Below, piece by piece: positions 40,249 through 54,300 of a stretch of 64,000 nt of DNA. This stretch comes from Gnetum montanum (Eukaryota; Plantae; Gnetophyta): the NCBI GenBank assembly GCA_015680685.1, contig MNCI01002435.1, positions 88,570 to 152,569 of the forward strand, read 5' to 3'. The notes under the pieces were generated by a model. It saw only the letters and a list, made by a program, of their open reading frames with translations, did not search any database and had not been told where the DNA came from. The first letter of the stretch is position 1; every line of letters begins with the position of its first letter. The translations under genes were made by a program, and so were the position numbers.

Positions 40249-43200
40249 TGTCAAGAATGGAGTTTGATTTTTCTCTCTTCATTTTTGGAAAGCTAAAATT
40301 TCTGGCTATTAATTTGGAAGCCTGAAATTTGGAAAGCTAAAATTTCTAGCTATTAATTTGGAAGGCTGAAAGTTGGAAAGCTAAATTTACTAGCTATTAA
40401 TTTGGAAGGAAAGCTAGAAAATTTAGCTATTTATGTTTGGAAAGTTGAAAATCCTAGTTATATATATATAGGTGTAATGTGCCTTCCTTTGGTGGAGAAT
40501 GTGTGTATCATTGTGAAACCTTAGAAATCAATAAAAATCCTAGTGCGATCGTGGAAGTAGGCAAAGTTAAGCTGAACCACATAAATCTTTCTTGTTTTGT
40601 GTGTTTGTTTGTGATCTTTTATTCCTTTTTCCCTTGTTTCAATTCCTAACAACTGGTATTAGAGCTAGGTTCTTAGTGAAGGATAGTGGGAGTGATGGAG
40701 GAAGGGAAGGTTAAGATTGACAAGTTTGATGGCAAAGATTTCAGATTTTGGAATATGCATATTGAAGATAATTTGTACCATAAGAAACTACATGAACCCT
40801 TGTTTGGGAAGAAGCTAGAAACCATGAAACAAGAAGATTGGGATCTCTTAGATTGCCAAGCACTTAGTGTGATTAGATTGACTTTGGCACGAAATGTCGC
40901 ATTCAACATTGTTAATGAGAAAACCACAGCGGGTTTGATGACGACGTTGTCAAGCATGTATGAAAAGCCGTATTCTTCGAACAAGGTATATTTGATACGT
41001 AGGTTGTTCAATCTAAAGATGGGTGAAGGTACATTAGTCACAAATTACATCAATGAACTCAATGTTATTATTAGTCAATCGAGTTTGGTGGAGATTACCT
41101 TTGATGATGAAATCAAGGCGTTGATTTTGCTATCATCCTTGCCAGAGAGTTGGTTTGCAACAATGATTGTAGTGATTAGCTCATCAAGTAATTCAAAATT
41201 AAAATTGAATGATATTCAAGACTTGATTCTTAGCAAGGACGTTTGTAGAAGGGAGTCAAGCAAATCCTCAGGGTCTGCTTTGAATACAGAAAGTAGAGGT
41301 AGGAGCAATCAACGTGATCAAAACCATGCTAATGGTAGATCGAAGTTGAGAGGTAGAGGAAAATCTAAAAATTGCAAGGAAGTTATCTGTTGGAATTGTG
41401 ATAAAATGGGTCACTTTAGAAATCAATGCAAGGCACCAAAGAAGAAGAAGAATCAAACTCAAGATGATGAATCAACAAATGCAACTAGGGAGATTATTGC
41501 TGATGCTTTTGATCTGCTGTGTGGACAATCCTATTGAATCTTGGATTTTGGATTTGGATGCTTCATTCCACTCCACTCTATGCAAGGAATTGTTACACAA
41601 TTATGTTGTAGGGAAGTTTGGAAAGGTTTATCATGTAGATGATGACCCTTTGGATATTGCGGGGAAGGGTGAAGTTCAAATAAAGACCGCCCAAGGGATG
41701 CAGTGGAAATTGCAAGATGTTAGATGTGTTCCTAGACTCAAGAAAAATTTAATTTCCATGAGTCAAATGGATTCAGATGGGTATACAACAACATTCGAAG
41801 GTACATCATGGAAGATAACCAAGGGAAACTTGGTTGTTGCACGAGGTAGTAAGGTGGGAACGTTGTACATGACTGTAGCAAAGAAAGATACAGTGGCAGT
41901 TGCTGACTATGGTGTTGATTTGATCTTAGGGCATTGAAGACTTGGGCACATGAGTGAAAAAGGTATGAAGTTGTTAGCTTCAAAGGGGAAGTCACCAAAT
42001 TTGAATTCTGTTGATGTCGGCTTTTGTGAAGATTGTGTTTATGGGAAGCAAAAAAGGGTTACTTTTTGAAAGATAGGGAGGACATTAAAGACTGAAAAGC
42101 TTGAATTGGTGCATTCAGATGTATGGGGGCCAGCTCCAGTAAAGTCTCTCAGAGGCTCGAGCTATTATGTCACCTTCATTGACGATTCCACTAGTAAGGT
42201 ATGGGTTTATTTTCTCAAAAATAAATCTAATGTGTTTGCTACATTTAAAGATGAAAAGTTGAAGTAGAAAATCATATTGGTTTGAATATCAAATGTCTAA
42301 AGTCAGATAATGGAGGAGAATATGATAGCAAAGAATTCAAGAATTTTTGTTTAGCAAATGGGATTAGGATGATCGAGACAGTTCCAAGAACACCAAAGCA
42401 AAATGGTGTTGTTGAATGGATGCACAGAACCTTGAATGAAAGAGCTAGGAGCATGAGAATACACTCTGGGCTACCAAAGCAATTTTGGGTAGATGTAGTT
42501 AACACATCAGCCTACCTCATTAATTGGGATCCTTCAGTTCCATTGGGGTTTAGAATACCAGAGGAGGTATGGACTGGGATGGAGGTAAATTTTTCACATT
42601 TGTGAATTTTTGGGTGTGTCTCATATGTGCATGTTGATTCAAATGCTAGAGATAAGCTTGATCCTAAAGCTAGAATGTGTTTTCATTGGTTATGGATCTG
42701 ATGATATTTGTTATCGATTTTGGGATAATCAAAATAAGAAGATCATAAGGCATAGGGATGTTACCTTTAATGAAAACCTGATGTTTAAGGACAGGATTGG
42801 CATAGAATTAAAGTGTGCAAGGGAATAGACAAAAGAACATGACAAGATTGAGTTGGAGGGAATTTTAGAAAGTGATGTGGCTAGAAGAGAATTTGAGATG
42901 AAAGACTAGGGGCCAGCTAAGCAGATACTTGGGATGAGAATATCCAGAGATAGATCAGAGGGACTTCTGAAGCTATCTCAAGAAAAGTACATAGAAAAGT
43001 TGCTGAGCAGGTTTAGTCTTCAAGATGCCAAGATCAGAAATGCTCCTATGGGAAGCCATTTTCATCTCTCCAAGGAGCAGTCACCAAAGATAGATGAGGA
43101 GAGAAAATACATGGCTAGAATACCTTATGCTTCAGCAGGTGGAAGCTTGATGTATGCTATGGTGTGTACAAGGCCAGACATAGCTCATGTAGTGGGAGTT

Positions 43201-44240
43201 GTCAATAGGTATGTCAGTTCCAGGAAGGAAGCATTGGGAAGCTGTGAAGTGGATTTTTAGATACCTGAAAGGAACATCAAGTATGGCACTTTGTTTTAAG
43301 AAGATGATGTTACTTTACAAGGCTTCTCGGATGCTGATTTAGGTGGAGACTTGGACAGTGAAAGAGTACAATGGGTTATGTCTTCACTTTGGGTGGTACT
43401 GCTGTTAGCTGGATGTCTACACTTTAGAAAAGTGTTGCCCTCTCAACCACAGAAGCAGAATATATGGTTATTTCAGAAGCTAGTAAAGAAATAATTTGGT
43501 TGAAGAATTTTTTGAAAGAGTTGGGCAAGACACAAGACAACAGTGCACTTTACAGTGATAGTCAAAATGACATTCATCTTGCTAAAAATCCAGCATTCCA
43601 TGCGAGATCAAAGCATGTTCAGTTGAGGTATTGCCACATTCGTGGATTGATAAGCGATGGAGTATTGTCATTAAAGAAGATTCTTGGATCAAAGAACCCA
43701 GCAGACATGATGACCAAAGTTGTTATTGTGAATAAACTAAGGCTGTGCACTGCCTCAGTTGGCCTTCAAGGTTAATGATAAGGAGGCACCGCACTAGGTG
43801 ACCATTTTTTTGATGGGGCAACAAAGGTACAAGGTTTCATTAGTGGATTCTGAAAATCAGCCTCCACGTGGCAGATTGTCAAGAATGGAGTCTGATTTTT
43901 TCTCTTCATTTTTGGAAAGCTAAAATTTCTAGCTACTAATTTGGAAGGCTGAAATTTGGAAAGCTAAATTTACTAGCTATTAATTTGAAGGGAAAGCTAG
44001 AAAATTTAGCTATTTATGTTTGGAAAGTTGAAAACTCTAGTTATATATATGGGTGTGATGTGCCTTCCTTTGGTGGAGAATGAGTGTATCATTGTGAAAC
44101 CTTAGAAATCAATAAAAATCCTAGTGTGGCTGTGGATGTAGGCAAAGTTAAGCCGAACCATGTAAAATGTTTCTTGTTTCTTGTTTTGTGTGTTTGTTTG
44201 TGATCTTTTATTCCTTTTTCTCCTGTTTCAATTCCTAACA
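40249..44240 (+). mobile_element. Ty1/copia (Tork/Tnt1-like) element with both LTRs (40249-40651, 43877-44240) and an internal RT deletion
   Basis: TGTCAAG...CCTAACA LTRs; near-TSD CTTTT/CTTTG; PBS TGGTATTAGAGC at 40654; gag KIDKFDGKDFRFW, CWNCDKMGHFRNQC; PR WILDLDASFH; INT KSDNGGEY; RH YSDSQNDIHLAKNP. Confidence 0.95.
40686..43775 (+). pseudogene. gag-pol: Degenerate copia gag-pol polyprotein
   Basis: Frameshifts and stops; the INT C-terminus joins directly to RT EFEMKD.G.AKQILGM at ~42888. Confidence 0.9.
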
Positions 44241-45814
44241 CTTTGTTAGTACATTATTAAGAGGCAATTTGTGTGGTTTGCCATACCTTATTTGTTGTAG
44301 TATCTCTCAAGTTGATTGCTTTTATTGCTCTCTCTCATGGCTAGTTTAATTTGATATTTTAGCTTATCTTATATGAAAGCAATATTTAATAACCTAACCT
44401 AGATAGCCTGCGCTCACCAAGGTTGAGTTAGCCACCCTCCAAGAGCTATATAAGGAGATGTGTGGTGGGTAGGAGAGAAACAATACACATCCTAAAGATC
44501 GAAGAGGGCATTTTGTTGAGAAGAAGAGCGAATTAAGTGAGGAGTGATCTCTCCAAGAGGTGTAGTGGGCTATTACACACCTTCACCTCCATGCCTTCAT
44601 GCTATTGTTTTCATGTGCATTTTGATGTTGTAGTTGCAACTTAAACATATTGAGAGAATCTTAGGAACTCCTCCATTGTGGGGATAGTCAAGTAAAAAGT
44701 GCTCATGAAGCACCTCTTCAAGATGTAAGATGAGGAACCCCTCCATGTGGAGTTGAGTAAAAGTGCTCTGTTAGCACCTTCACAAGAGACAATTTGTGTA
44801 TTTGTCTTCAACTTGTTTGTTGTATTTTTCTCAAGTTGATTAATGATATTGCTATCTACATCTAAATATTTTGTACAATTTGGATATTGCATCAATCCTA
44901 ACATATTTTCTATTTCAGTTGTTTTCACTTCAATGTCTCAAAGTAAATATGTTATCACTTATTTCAAGTATTTCCTAGTTTTAGCTATCTCAAAAATTTC
45001 TCCAGCTATAAATGATGAGGCTTTCTTTGCAGTCATCTTTGCTTGTCAATAGTTAAACATACCATGTTTATGTTTTGATTGACTTAATTTTAAAACACTT
45101 TTTTTTTATGTTCTACATTTTACTGTTTCAAAAAGATGATGATGAAGATGAACCGACAGATATAGCAGGTAGGAAAGTTCTTGGGTATTCACTGGATGGG
45201 ATTTGTAGGCCTAGGATTAGAACTATGGTAGTGAAGCTCACTTGGAGTTGTGAAAATTAATAATTGATGATTGCGATGACATTTTCTAACGCAAAAAAAC
45301 TATCCCGATGACCCACCACTTTTCATTCTAAAAAGGTGTTTGTTCCTTTTATTATCCACTAATTCATCACTTACTGTTAAAGATAATCTTTGAGTTGAAT
45401 TTATGAAATTCTAAACTTTTATATGGTTAGTTTTTAAATAAAAAATTATTATAAATATTTCTAATGTTTATGCTTTTTGACATCTGATTTGTAGCTTGCA
45501 AGGAATGAAAATGAAAACTTAGAATGAATTAAAGGAGAAGCTTGACAATAAGGTAAGTTTTTTTTACTACATTCGAGTATGCATTTCCGTTTTAAAAAAG
45601 CCATGTCATATTTAATGAGCATCACTAACATTTTTATTTTAGAAGTTTAATTTCTGAGCTTTGCTGCACCTCATAGTTATGCTTGATCCACTCTGTTGAT
45701 TCCTATCCTGTCAGCCAATTACATAAGCAAAGAGGGTCCTTGGCTTGTGAGTATCTTTGAGCAGGGTATATAACATCCCTGATGTGTCTTGCAGCTACTT
45801 TAGCATAATTTAAG

Positions 45815-45965
45815 AGACAGTATGGTGCTTATTTCTCAAATTGTAAGACCTAGGTTCAAACCTGGGTGGAGCCACTTGAAAGAAGTTAGGCTTACATCCA
45901 CTGACCCTCCTAGGATCCCACCTTAGCAGGATGAGCATTGAGCCTCTGCGTGATGGTCCTTATTT
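45815..45965 (+). mobile_element. tRNA-derived SINE (Au-like), 5'-degenerate copy
   Basis: B-box ggttcaaacc; body cctcc..gga..ccttagcaggatgagcattg shared with 61509-61683. Confidence 0.65.
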
Positions 45966-46212
45966 AAGTGATATTACTGAAGTTTTTAAATCTTTTGCAA
46001 ATTACCTCCATTCCAACTTGTTCCCATCTATACAAACATTGGTTGAAATCCCCTATAGTAATCCACTTCATGCTCTATCTTTTTCTATACTAGCCATTTC
46101 TAATAACCTAAAAGGTTCACCTGCTGATTCAGCACTATAAAAATTGTTAGTATGCTTTGCTTCCCCCACTACCTTAGATGGTAATATAACACATATTTCC
46201 TTCAATTAGTTA

Positions 46213-46609
46213 AAGCTTCCTTGTACTCTGTAAAGGAAGACTGCTCCTTTGGCCTTTTGCAACCACCCAGGAGGAATGCTGACCCCTCCAGCTAATTCAT
46301 CCAACTTCATCCATTTATAGCATTGTTTCCTGCAAAAGAGTATTTTTGGTTTGGGACTTTTCTACAAAATCAGTTAGGAATTTCCTTTTATAGGGGGTCC
46401 TTGTTTTACTTCAAACTTCCTTGTACTCTGTATGGGAAGACTGTCCCTTTGGCCTCTTGCAACCACCCAGGAGGAATGTCGACCCCTCCAGCTAATTCAT
46501 CCAACTTCATCCATTTATAGCATTGTTTCCTGCAAAAGAATATTGTTGGTTTGGGACGTTTCTGCAAAATCTGTAGGAATTTCCTTTTATAGGGGGTCCT
46601 TGTTCTACT
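46213..46609. repeat. Direct tandem duplication, 200-bp period, 2 copies
   Basis: cttccttgtactctg at 46216 and 46416; near-identical through ggggtccttgtt. Confidence 0.95.
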
Positions 46610-49600
46610 ACAATTCTAGGACATAATAATCGTTGATGAGATTTGGCTCTCTTGGTTTGTTTTGCACTGGGTGCCTTCATCATTTTTTGAGTTTGATTCC
46701 ACAGATTTACTTATGCTTCTTTGTTTTGTAGTTCACACTTTACTAGTCTATTTATCTTATCTGGAGTTTTAATTTATGTGGAGATTTTTCCGTGTGATTC
46801 TTAAATGCTTTTTTCTGCATATCCAGATCGTTTTTTCTTGATGATAAACTCCAGGCAATCATTATATCATTACTGATGCGTACATGTGTAGTACATTTAT
46901 GGTTGATTTACCTTTTAGTTTGGGAAAGAGCATACGGAATGCCTTGCTAGCTCGTGAAAGCTCTTGAACTCCAAGCAAATGAATTTGTGCTTTGTAATTA
47001 TTTCCGGTGGAAGCATGTGAGCATGAAAGCATGGGATCATGGACATCATGCCATGCCATGTCTTATACATTAAAAAATCTAGAAATTGCAAACAAATCTC
47101 AAATGTACATCCAGAAACTATCCCATTTCCAAACAATTTGCAAAACTAGGGCCAAATCCCCTACAGCTCCTCCATGTCATCACTTGGCCAACAAGACTTT
47201 GGCAAACAACTAGAGAAAACCAATTATCAACCTTAGGATCATAAGGACAGCAGAGAATGCACAAATTTGATGAGTAGAGAGAACAACAGTGCATTTTAAG
47301 CAGAAAAAAACGTGCATTTGAGAAGCAAAGACAGCAAGATATGCTAACCCTAGCAAAATATATATATGCACCGTCAAGAGCCATTAGAACAATAACTTGA
47401 GAGGCAAAAATTAAAATTGTAGAGAAATGTTTTCCACCAGTTATTTCCATTTCTTCTTTTGGATGGTGAAGTTTTTTTATCAAAAATTGTTGGACTTTAA
47501 TTTAGAGATGAACACAATAAAGAAGTGGGCTGTGTTTTAATTATAAGTTTACAATTTCGGTAGGCTTTGCAAGTTATATAGAGGATGCAGGATTTGAGCA
47601 GTGCTTTGTTGAGCCAGTTTTCAAAGGTATAATGTCATATGCAATTGGCAGATTTAATTTGGTTTGGTAGATACTACTGAAAACAACCATTATAAAAGCT
47701 GAATTTGAATTCTCAGTGTATCATTCAATTGGTAATTATCAAAAATATAAACAATTTTTAGTTTTCACTAAGGAAAAAGAATAGTTTCAAACAAACATAA
47801 AGGAACGAAATACTTGCTGAGTAATGATTCCATCACAAAATCATGATAAGCTAAACAGAGCAAAGCAAAGCTTTCATTTCATTCTCCACTTAACGTCTCT
47901 TTTGTTTTAATGTGTCCTCCCCTGCTCTCTCTGCCAATACTATGATTTATAGGAGTATTTTCTGATTCTAGTTGCATATGGTTAAGAAGGCGGGAGGAAA
48001 TTGCAACAGTTATACAGGCATATCTGTATAACCTTTATTAGAGTTTTTGCTTCATGTAATGCAATGTTAATTAGTAAAATAATTTACTTGAAGAAACGCT
48101 TGAAATTGAATGGTTTTTGTAGAAAACTGAAGATGACCTCCTAGGTGTATTCTGAGTCCACCATTAAATTTAGCATGGTAAAAAATATTGGAATTTATCC
48201 CTTATTTGGTAGAAATGCACTTTAGGTTAGAAAATTATCATTATTTGAAATCTTGCCTTTGGTAGGGTTTGAACTATTAATCTCTGAAATTTGTCTGTGT
48301 GTATTGATCAAAGATGATATCCTTAGTGGATTGGGAATGGACCGTTGTCAAGTTGAAAACATTGGAGACAGCTTTGTTCAAATTGGAGTAGGAATGAGGA
48401 AGTTATGGTCCTTCAAGCATCTTAAATCTGCCTCTACTGTTTGAGATTTGAATTTGTGATCTTTTCCTCAATACACATGTTCAAAGGTGTTAGATTTGGT
48501 GTGGGGCTTCTATTGTTGTGTTTACTGACTCTCATACCCTCTGACACTTGGAAGAAATTTATTGTGCAATGGAGACTGCCTGGAAAATGCAAAATTGGAG
48601 ACTCCCTACAAATCAACATTGGGATGATGATCCATATCTCTCAAATTGTTGAACAAAATTCATCATATGAATAATTGAAACAAACCTTTGTGAAACACCC
48701 CAAAAAATTGTGAAGTCATTCTCGCTTCACTTGGCCTTGCAATCCGCGGAACACCATGGCAGTTCTTCAGGAGGAGAATGCCCTGAGCCTAGGCCGGCTA
48801 GTTCGGCAAATTTTCTACTTTGGGCATGGACGGGCCTTACATCATCCTGCTTGTCCACCCAAGTAGCCTGCCCAACTGACAGCCTACTCAAAAACGGTGC
48901 GCGGAGTTGGCAGCAGCATTCTGGATGCACGAAACAGTTCGGCAAGTTTTCTAAGTCACGAAGTCTGCTACACTACGCTACGACTCGTAGCGTAGCACGC
49001 TTTAGAAAACGATGGCAGAACGAAGTGCTACGCTACGCTACACCACGTAGCGTAGCATAGCAACAACTTCGTTACCACTCCCCTTGCCCAATTTCAGGAT
49101 ATGCAGCAATGTCCCTTCCTACCAGGAAGCGGCGGACCATGTCTGCTGCTACACTACGTCGAGCTACATGGCGCAGCAAGGCGTAGCAATCTTGCGGAAG
49201 AGACAGAAGGCAGCTCAAAGGGCAGAATCGGCAGAGTTCGCAAGACTTGCATCGCATGAGACAAAGTTTGCAGATCGGCAAAACTTTCACGATTAAGGCC
49301 AGTTGCTACGCTACGTAGTGTAGCAAGCATGCAACATATAGCAGAACGTGCGACAAGGTGCTACGCTACGCCAAGCATGCTACGCTACAAATCACAGCAA
49401 GGCATGAGGGTGGTTGTGCGACATTAATGCACTTCACCTAATTTGACCATTGGCACATGTCTCCAAACGCTGACGGCGCAATTACGGCGTGGCAGGCTCG
49501 TAGTTATTGCATGACGGGTTTGCGTTACAACGGCCTCATAGGTCCAACGGTCATGCATGGCACAAATGGTGCTAGCAAGTCAACGAAAGCCCAAGGCACG

Positions 49601-50388
49601 TAGCGTTCAAACTGTCTCTTTTGCATACCCTTGGTCCTATAAATACCTTGGCAAGTAGCATTCAAAAAGAGGCCGGAATTTCTTGAAGTAAGTAGCATCC
49701 AAAAAAGTTAAAAGATTTTTGGAGAGACAGCATTGAGAGATTCGGGCTTGCTCCTTAACAAGTTTCTTTTTACATCGAGCATTGTAAGCTTCCTGTTTGA
49801 CACTGCAAACAGTTAGCATTTTTAGCTGGCATTTTGTTCTATCCTTTTTTTCCTTTTTTCTTCTACCACCTTGGTAGAATCCCTGTGCGGCCAACATTCA
49901 GGTCCGCACCAAAGCGCACCACTTGCTTTGCTCGACATGTCCTGGTCATTCTCGGGATCTCTGCACGTCGTCGCACTGTGCAACCGATTGTATCCACCCT
50001 AATGGAGCAAACTTGTAGTTCTTGAGCGGTGCATGTTTCTAACTACATTTTACCTTATTTCCTGCCTGTTGTCTCGTTTTGCATTATTTTCCTGTTTTAT
50101 TCATTTTTAAGCATTACTTCGCATTATTGTGGCATTTTAAGCTGTTTCTTTTCCGCTTTATTTATTTTCGAGCATTATTTCGCATTCCATTTCGTCTCAA
50201 AAATATACATTGCAAAAGGCTATATTGACGCCGATGTAAGTCCCTGTTTGATCGACCAGACCGTTCAGGGCACCATGTGTCCACACACACCCAACACGAC
50301 CCTCCCGCGGGTATGGGGTCGAAACTGTCGTGCCCATTGACCCCCCGGTGTTTTCCAGCCGTCGACGTTTTCGGTCGCTACAATTTTC

Positions 50389-50405
50389 TGGCGCTAGAAG
50401 GAGGG
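50389..50405 (+). promoter_or_regulatory. PBS complementary to the plant tRNA-Asn 3' end
   Basis: TGGCGCTAGAAGGAGGG is the reverse complement of ...CCCUCCUUCUAGCG-CCA (tRNA identity from memory). Confidence 0.8.
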
Positions 50406-50469
50406 CCTTTTGTTGCCTTCGCCGTTTGTCACGGTAGTTCTGTGAGCCTTTTGCGCCCTGATACACATG

Positions 50470-51305
50470 AGTGTAGACGCAACACCCTCTTGTGGTTGTT
50501 TGCGCTTTGTGCGGTGCAGATCGGTCGCCTTGACGGTTCCTCGGGAGCCCTATAGAACACAAGGCCTCCGATCACCGGTTAACTAGCTCTTACGGTTGTC
50601 TTGCATGTGTTTTGTACCCCATCCTGTGTGGTACAGAGCGGTCGCTTCGACGGTCCTTCGGGGATCCTGCGAGACGCAAAGCCTTGTCGATCGCTAGTTA
50701 GCTTGCCCGTCTTATGGTTGTCTTGCATGCGTTATGTACCCCATTCCTTGTGGTACAGAGCGGTCGCTTCAACGGTCCCTCGGGGATCCTGCAAGGCACA
50801 AAGCCTTCTAGTTAGCCTGCTTGTCTTACGGTAATCTTGCAAGCCTTCTACACCCCTGTACGCATTAGCGTAGACTCGACACCATATGTGGTTGTTTACG
50901 TGTTGTGCGGTGTAGATCGGTTGCCTCGACGGTCCCTCCGGGATCCTGTGAGACATAAGGCCTTTTGACAATTAGCTAACTTGCCTTCCTTTCTTTTTTA
51001 TGGTAGTCTTGCATGCGCTCTACACCCTAGATCGCACAGGCGTAAGCGCGACACCCTTTTGTGGTTGTTTAGGCCTTGTGTGGTGCAGGTCGGTCGCCTC
51101 GACGGTCCCTCCGGGATCTTGCGAGACATAAAGCCTTCTTGATTGCCAGTTAACTGAACTTGTCTTACGGTAGTCTTGCACGTGCTCTGTACCTCATCGC
51201 GCACTAGCATAAACGTGACACCCTTTTGTGGTTGTTTATGCTTTGTGTGGTATAGATCGGTCGCCCCGACGGTTCCTCCGGAATCTGGCAAGACATAAAG
51301 CCTCC
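50470..51305 (+). repeat. Six imperfect 110-180 bp tandem repeats in the 5'UTR of C
   Basis: Core ggtRYaga(t)cggtcgcYtYgacggtYcctccgggatc at ~50512, 50630, 50752, 50909, 51082 and 51249. Confidence 0.85.
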
Positions 51306-51387
51306 TTGTGTTGCTCTTTCAGTCTCTTTATTCTTTTTGCGCTTCTTGCGCCTTTTTTTCCTTTTTTGCATAATTACTTGCTTAGCA

Positions 51388-54300
51388 ATGGCTTCCACGA
51401 CCACCGTTGTTGACACCTTCAATGCGGAGGTGCCCTTCACGATTCAAGGCACCACTGGTGCTAAACAATCGTTGAACCCAATGATGGAAACACGATGATC
51501 CCTCAGAATCCAAAATCAAGGACTTGAGGGATTGGCCCAGCAATATGAGCATTACAGCTTCCTTTGTGCAAAGGTGCAGGTCAGTCTGCCCTTGGATTTA
51601 CACGAGCTCGAAGAAAAACGTAGCTTCGAGTTCGCTTACTGCAACGGGAAGGAATTCGTTCCTACCCCCGGCGTTTTGTTACCTTTAACACAAGCGTATC
51701 AAAGGCTCTTGGACCAACTAATCCAGTTGGCCAGGCTTAGGGAGCAACAGGACACAGCGTCCGACTAAGAGGACACCTTCCAAAACGGACAGGAGGAACT
51801 CGATTCCCAATCTGACGAGGGAGGCCAAGTCAACCCCATTCTTATCCGTCCCACCCAGTCCTTCTGGGCCAACCCGTTGTCTGTCACCGCCCCATTTGCC
51901 ATTACGCCTATGCTTCCGCAGCCTACAGCTGCAACTGCAATGGGTAGCCATACCACATTCCAAGCATATCCTTGCACTTATTCCCCTATTGCGTTCACAG
52001 CAGCTATGCCCCCGCAAACTGATTATCAGCACATTCCTGCAGTATGTAACATACCTATCACGGCTACCCTACTGCATGTTCATACTATACCTTCGCAACC
52101 GCACATAACTGCCATGCCAATTCCTACGCTAGCATCTATTCCACCCATAGTGGTGGGCCCCGGTCTATCCACGTGGTGGGCACCGTTCGCTTCTTCATTT
52201 GTTCTACAATTGTTGCAGATGTCTCACCACGTTCGCCCTCAGACCTACTTTACCCCGCAAACGGTACATCCTAATACAGGGACATGGTCTGTCCCGCTGG
52301 TGATTCAAACGGTCTATTCGGTGGCTCAACCCGTTGTTACTGCTATGACAGTACCACCCACTAGGTGGTGGACAACGCAAACAACACCTACAGCGGGGGC
52401 GGCCTCGACGGCACCGTTGATGGGTCAGCCCGCCACCGCCACCATGCCGCATGTGGGAGCTGCCTCTTCAGTCCCTCAACTGTCTATAGCGTCGCCAGGT
52501 CTGGACCAAGCGTTTTAGCTCATCCAGACCCTCAATGAGGAAATAAAACGCCTAAAAGCAGTGGGGTCCGACACGGTACAGGTCATGGACTTTTATTAGG
52601 ATGACCTCGTCAGCCCTGCAATCCCTGCTTTAATGTTACCCCCCGGGATGTCTCTCCCACACTTCACGAAGTACGACGATGAGGGAGATCCCAATGCGCA
52701 TCTTGTCACTTTCAGGTCTGAGTCTTTGTTGTTGCAACAATGGCCGCACATGATCATTCGTGTCTTCGCCATGTCCCTAGCCGGGAAATCCTTAGATTGG
52801 TACCGCGCGTTGCCACGCTCATCCCTTTCAACTTTGGAAGAGCTCCTGACCTAGTTCGTGACATGCTTCAAGTACAACTTGAAGCTAGAAACCACGCTGG
52901 ATCAGTTGATGAGTGTGAAACAAGACCCGCTAGAACCAGTCCAAAAATTTATTCAACGTTGGAGCACAACCCTTAATGAAATCCGCGAGCCCATCGTGAA
53001 GGCTCACTTGTTGGCCGTCTTTAAGGGTGCAGTAAACGACTTCATCAAGTCCAAACTATATTACCTCGCTCCTCGCTCTCTTAGTCAGGCTTTTGCTCAG
53101 ACTAAGAGCATACAAGACGCGGCCGAAGCAAGCAAAGACCCGGCCTATATCGCTTACAAAAGCACCTTCGCAAAGAAGGATAAGGGTAAGGGCCCAACAA
53201 CCACAGTAGCCGCTGTGGCAACCGAGGCCAAGCCCAAGCCCAACAGTAGCGGTAGCAAAACTAACAAGAAACCGGCCATACCTACGGCTAATCCTGCGCC
53301 GAAACTGGGCCAAGCACCGCAACCCGTTGCACCTACACCCGAGACATCTGCATACACCAAACCCAACTTTGAGCACAAAGACCGCTCAAAATACACCCCA
53401 CTGCCTCTCAAACCTTCAGAACTCCTGAAGCAACTGTTGGCAGCGGGATACATCCAACACAAGCAGATGTCGGAAGAAGCAAACGCAAGACATCAACGCT
53501 ACTGCGAGCTCCTTAGGAATCCCTCTTTGGCCCTGCCCAATGAGCCTCCGGTCCCTAGGGGTTTCAGGTTAGACAGGTTTTGTGACTACCACCAACTGTG
53601 TGGTCACACCACGGATTATTGTCTGTCGTTGCATAATGATATCCAAAGATTAATCGACCTGGGGAAGCTGGTACTAGACAAAAGCAACCCAGTCTGCCCT
53701 GAAAATCAATCTATGTATGTCTACACAGATCCCCTCAACGCCAATAATGCTGGTTACGTAATTAACACCATCGGCATTGACAACAATCCCACGCCACCCC
53801 GCCAGCCATTTGTGATCCGTGTGCCTCAGCGTAGTGCACTAGCACCGCCAATGGTTGGTCCAAGCTTGTAGCTGCCCTTCATCCTAAAGGTACCACCATC
53901 AACATCCACCTTTGCACTGCCTGTTGGCGAGGCCATGCGGTCTTGTTAGTTAACACCTCTAGCTCCATTCATTATCAGGGGGCCGATGTCCTCAAAGGCC
54001 CCTATCTCGCACAACACAGCTGAGCAGCCTCCTCGCCTTGCAAGGCGAGAAGTCCGCTTTGTGGACGAAATGTCGAAGGGAAGTACCGTCAAAAGCATCC
54101 CCATGCCTACGTTTTCGCCCCTTGCATCTGTACCTTCGTCGTCAAAGGCGAAGATCAACATGACTACGCAGCCTGCATTACCCTGTCGGCAAGGATCTGA
54201 GCCCAGATCTGAGTCAACCTCCCCTCAGGAGATTCGTCTTTTGGGGTGGATCGAAGAGGAGGAAAGTGTCAAACAAGCGAGCGGCCAAGACCTTTTGGAC

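Larger units (their letters stand above)
39767..44903 (+). repeat. Two plus-strand copies of the same LTR-like repeat; the first is split by a copia insertion
   Basis: gagtaaagagtgct|copia|ctttgttag versus uninterrupted gagtaaaagtgctctgttag at ~44755; the last copy ends cctaaca at 44903. Confidence 0.65.
37230..47626 (+). pseudogene. Possible fragmented host gene (candidate exons ~37230-37304, 45495-45552, 47564-47626)
   Basis: acaATGGCG start in a CpG-retaining zone; tttgtag|...AAG|gtaagt and ggtag|...AAAG|gtataa exon borders; reading frames disrupted or ambiguous; product unrecognised. Confidence 0.25.

Noticed and set aside
40244-48690. Same TSD CTTTG at the copia and at element C, suggesting shared targeting
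   Set aside because: Unrelated superfamilies, a 5-mer in AT-rich DNA, and one copy mismatched; chance suffices.
48710-50340. ORFs duplicated in both LTRs of C (e.g. MKSFSLHLAL...)
   Set aside because: They are duplicated only because the LTRs are; no domain signal.
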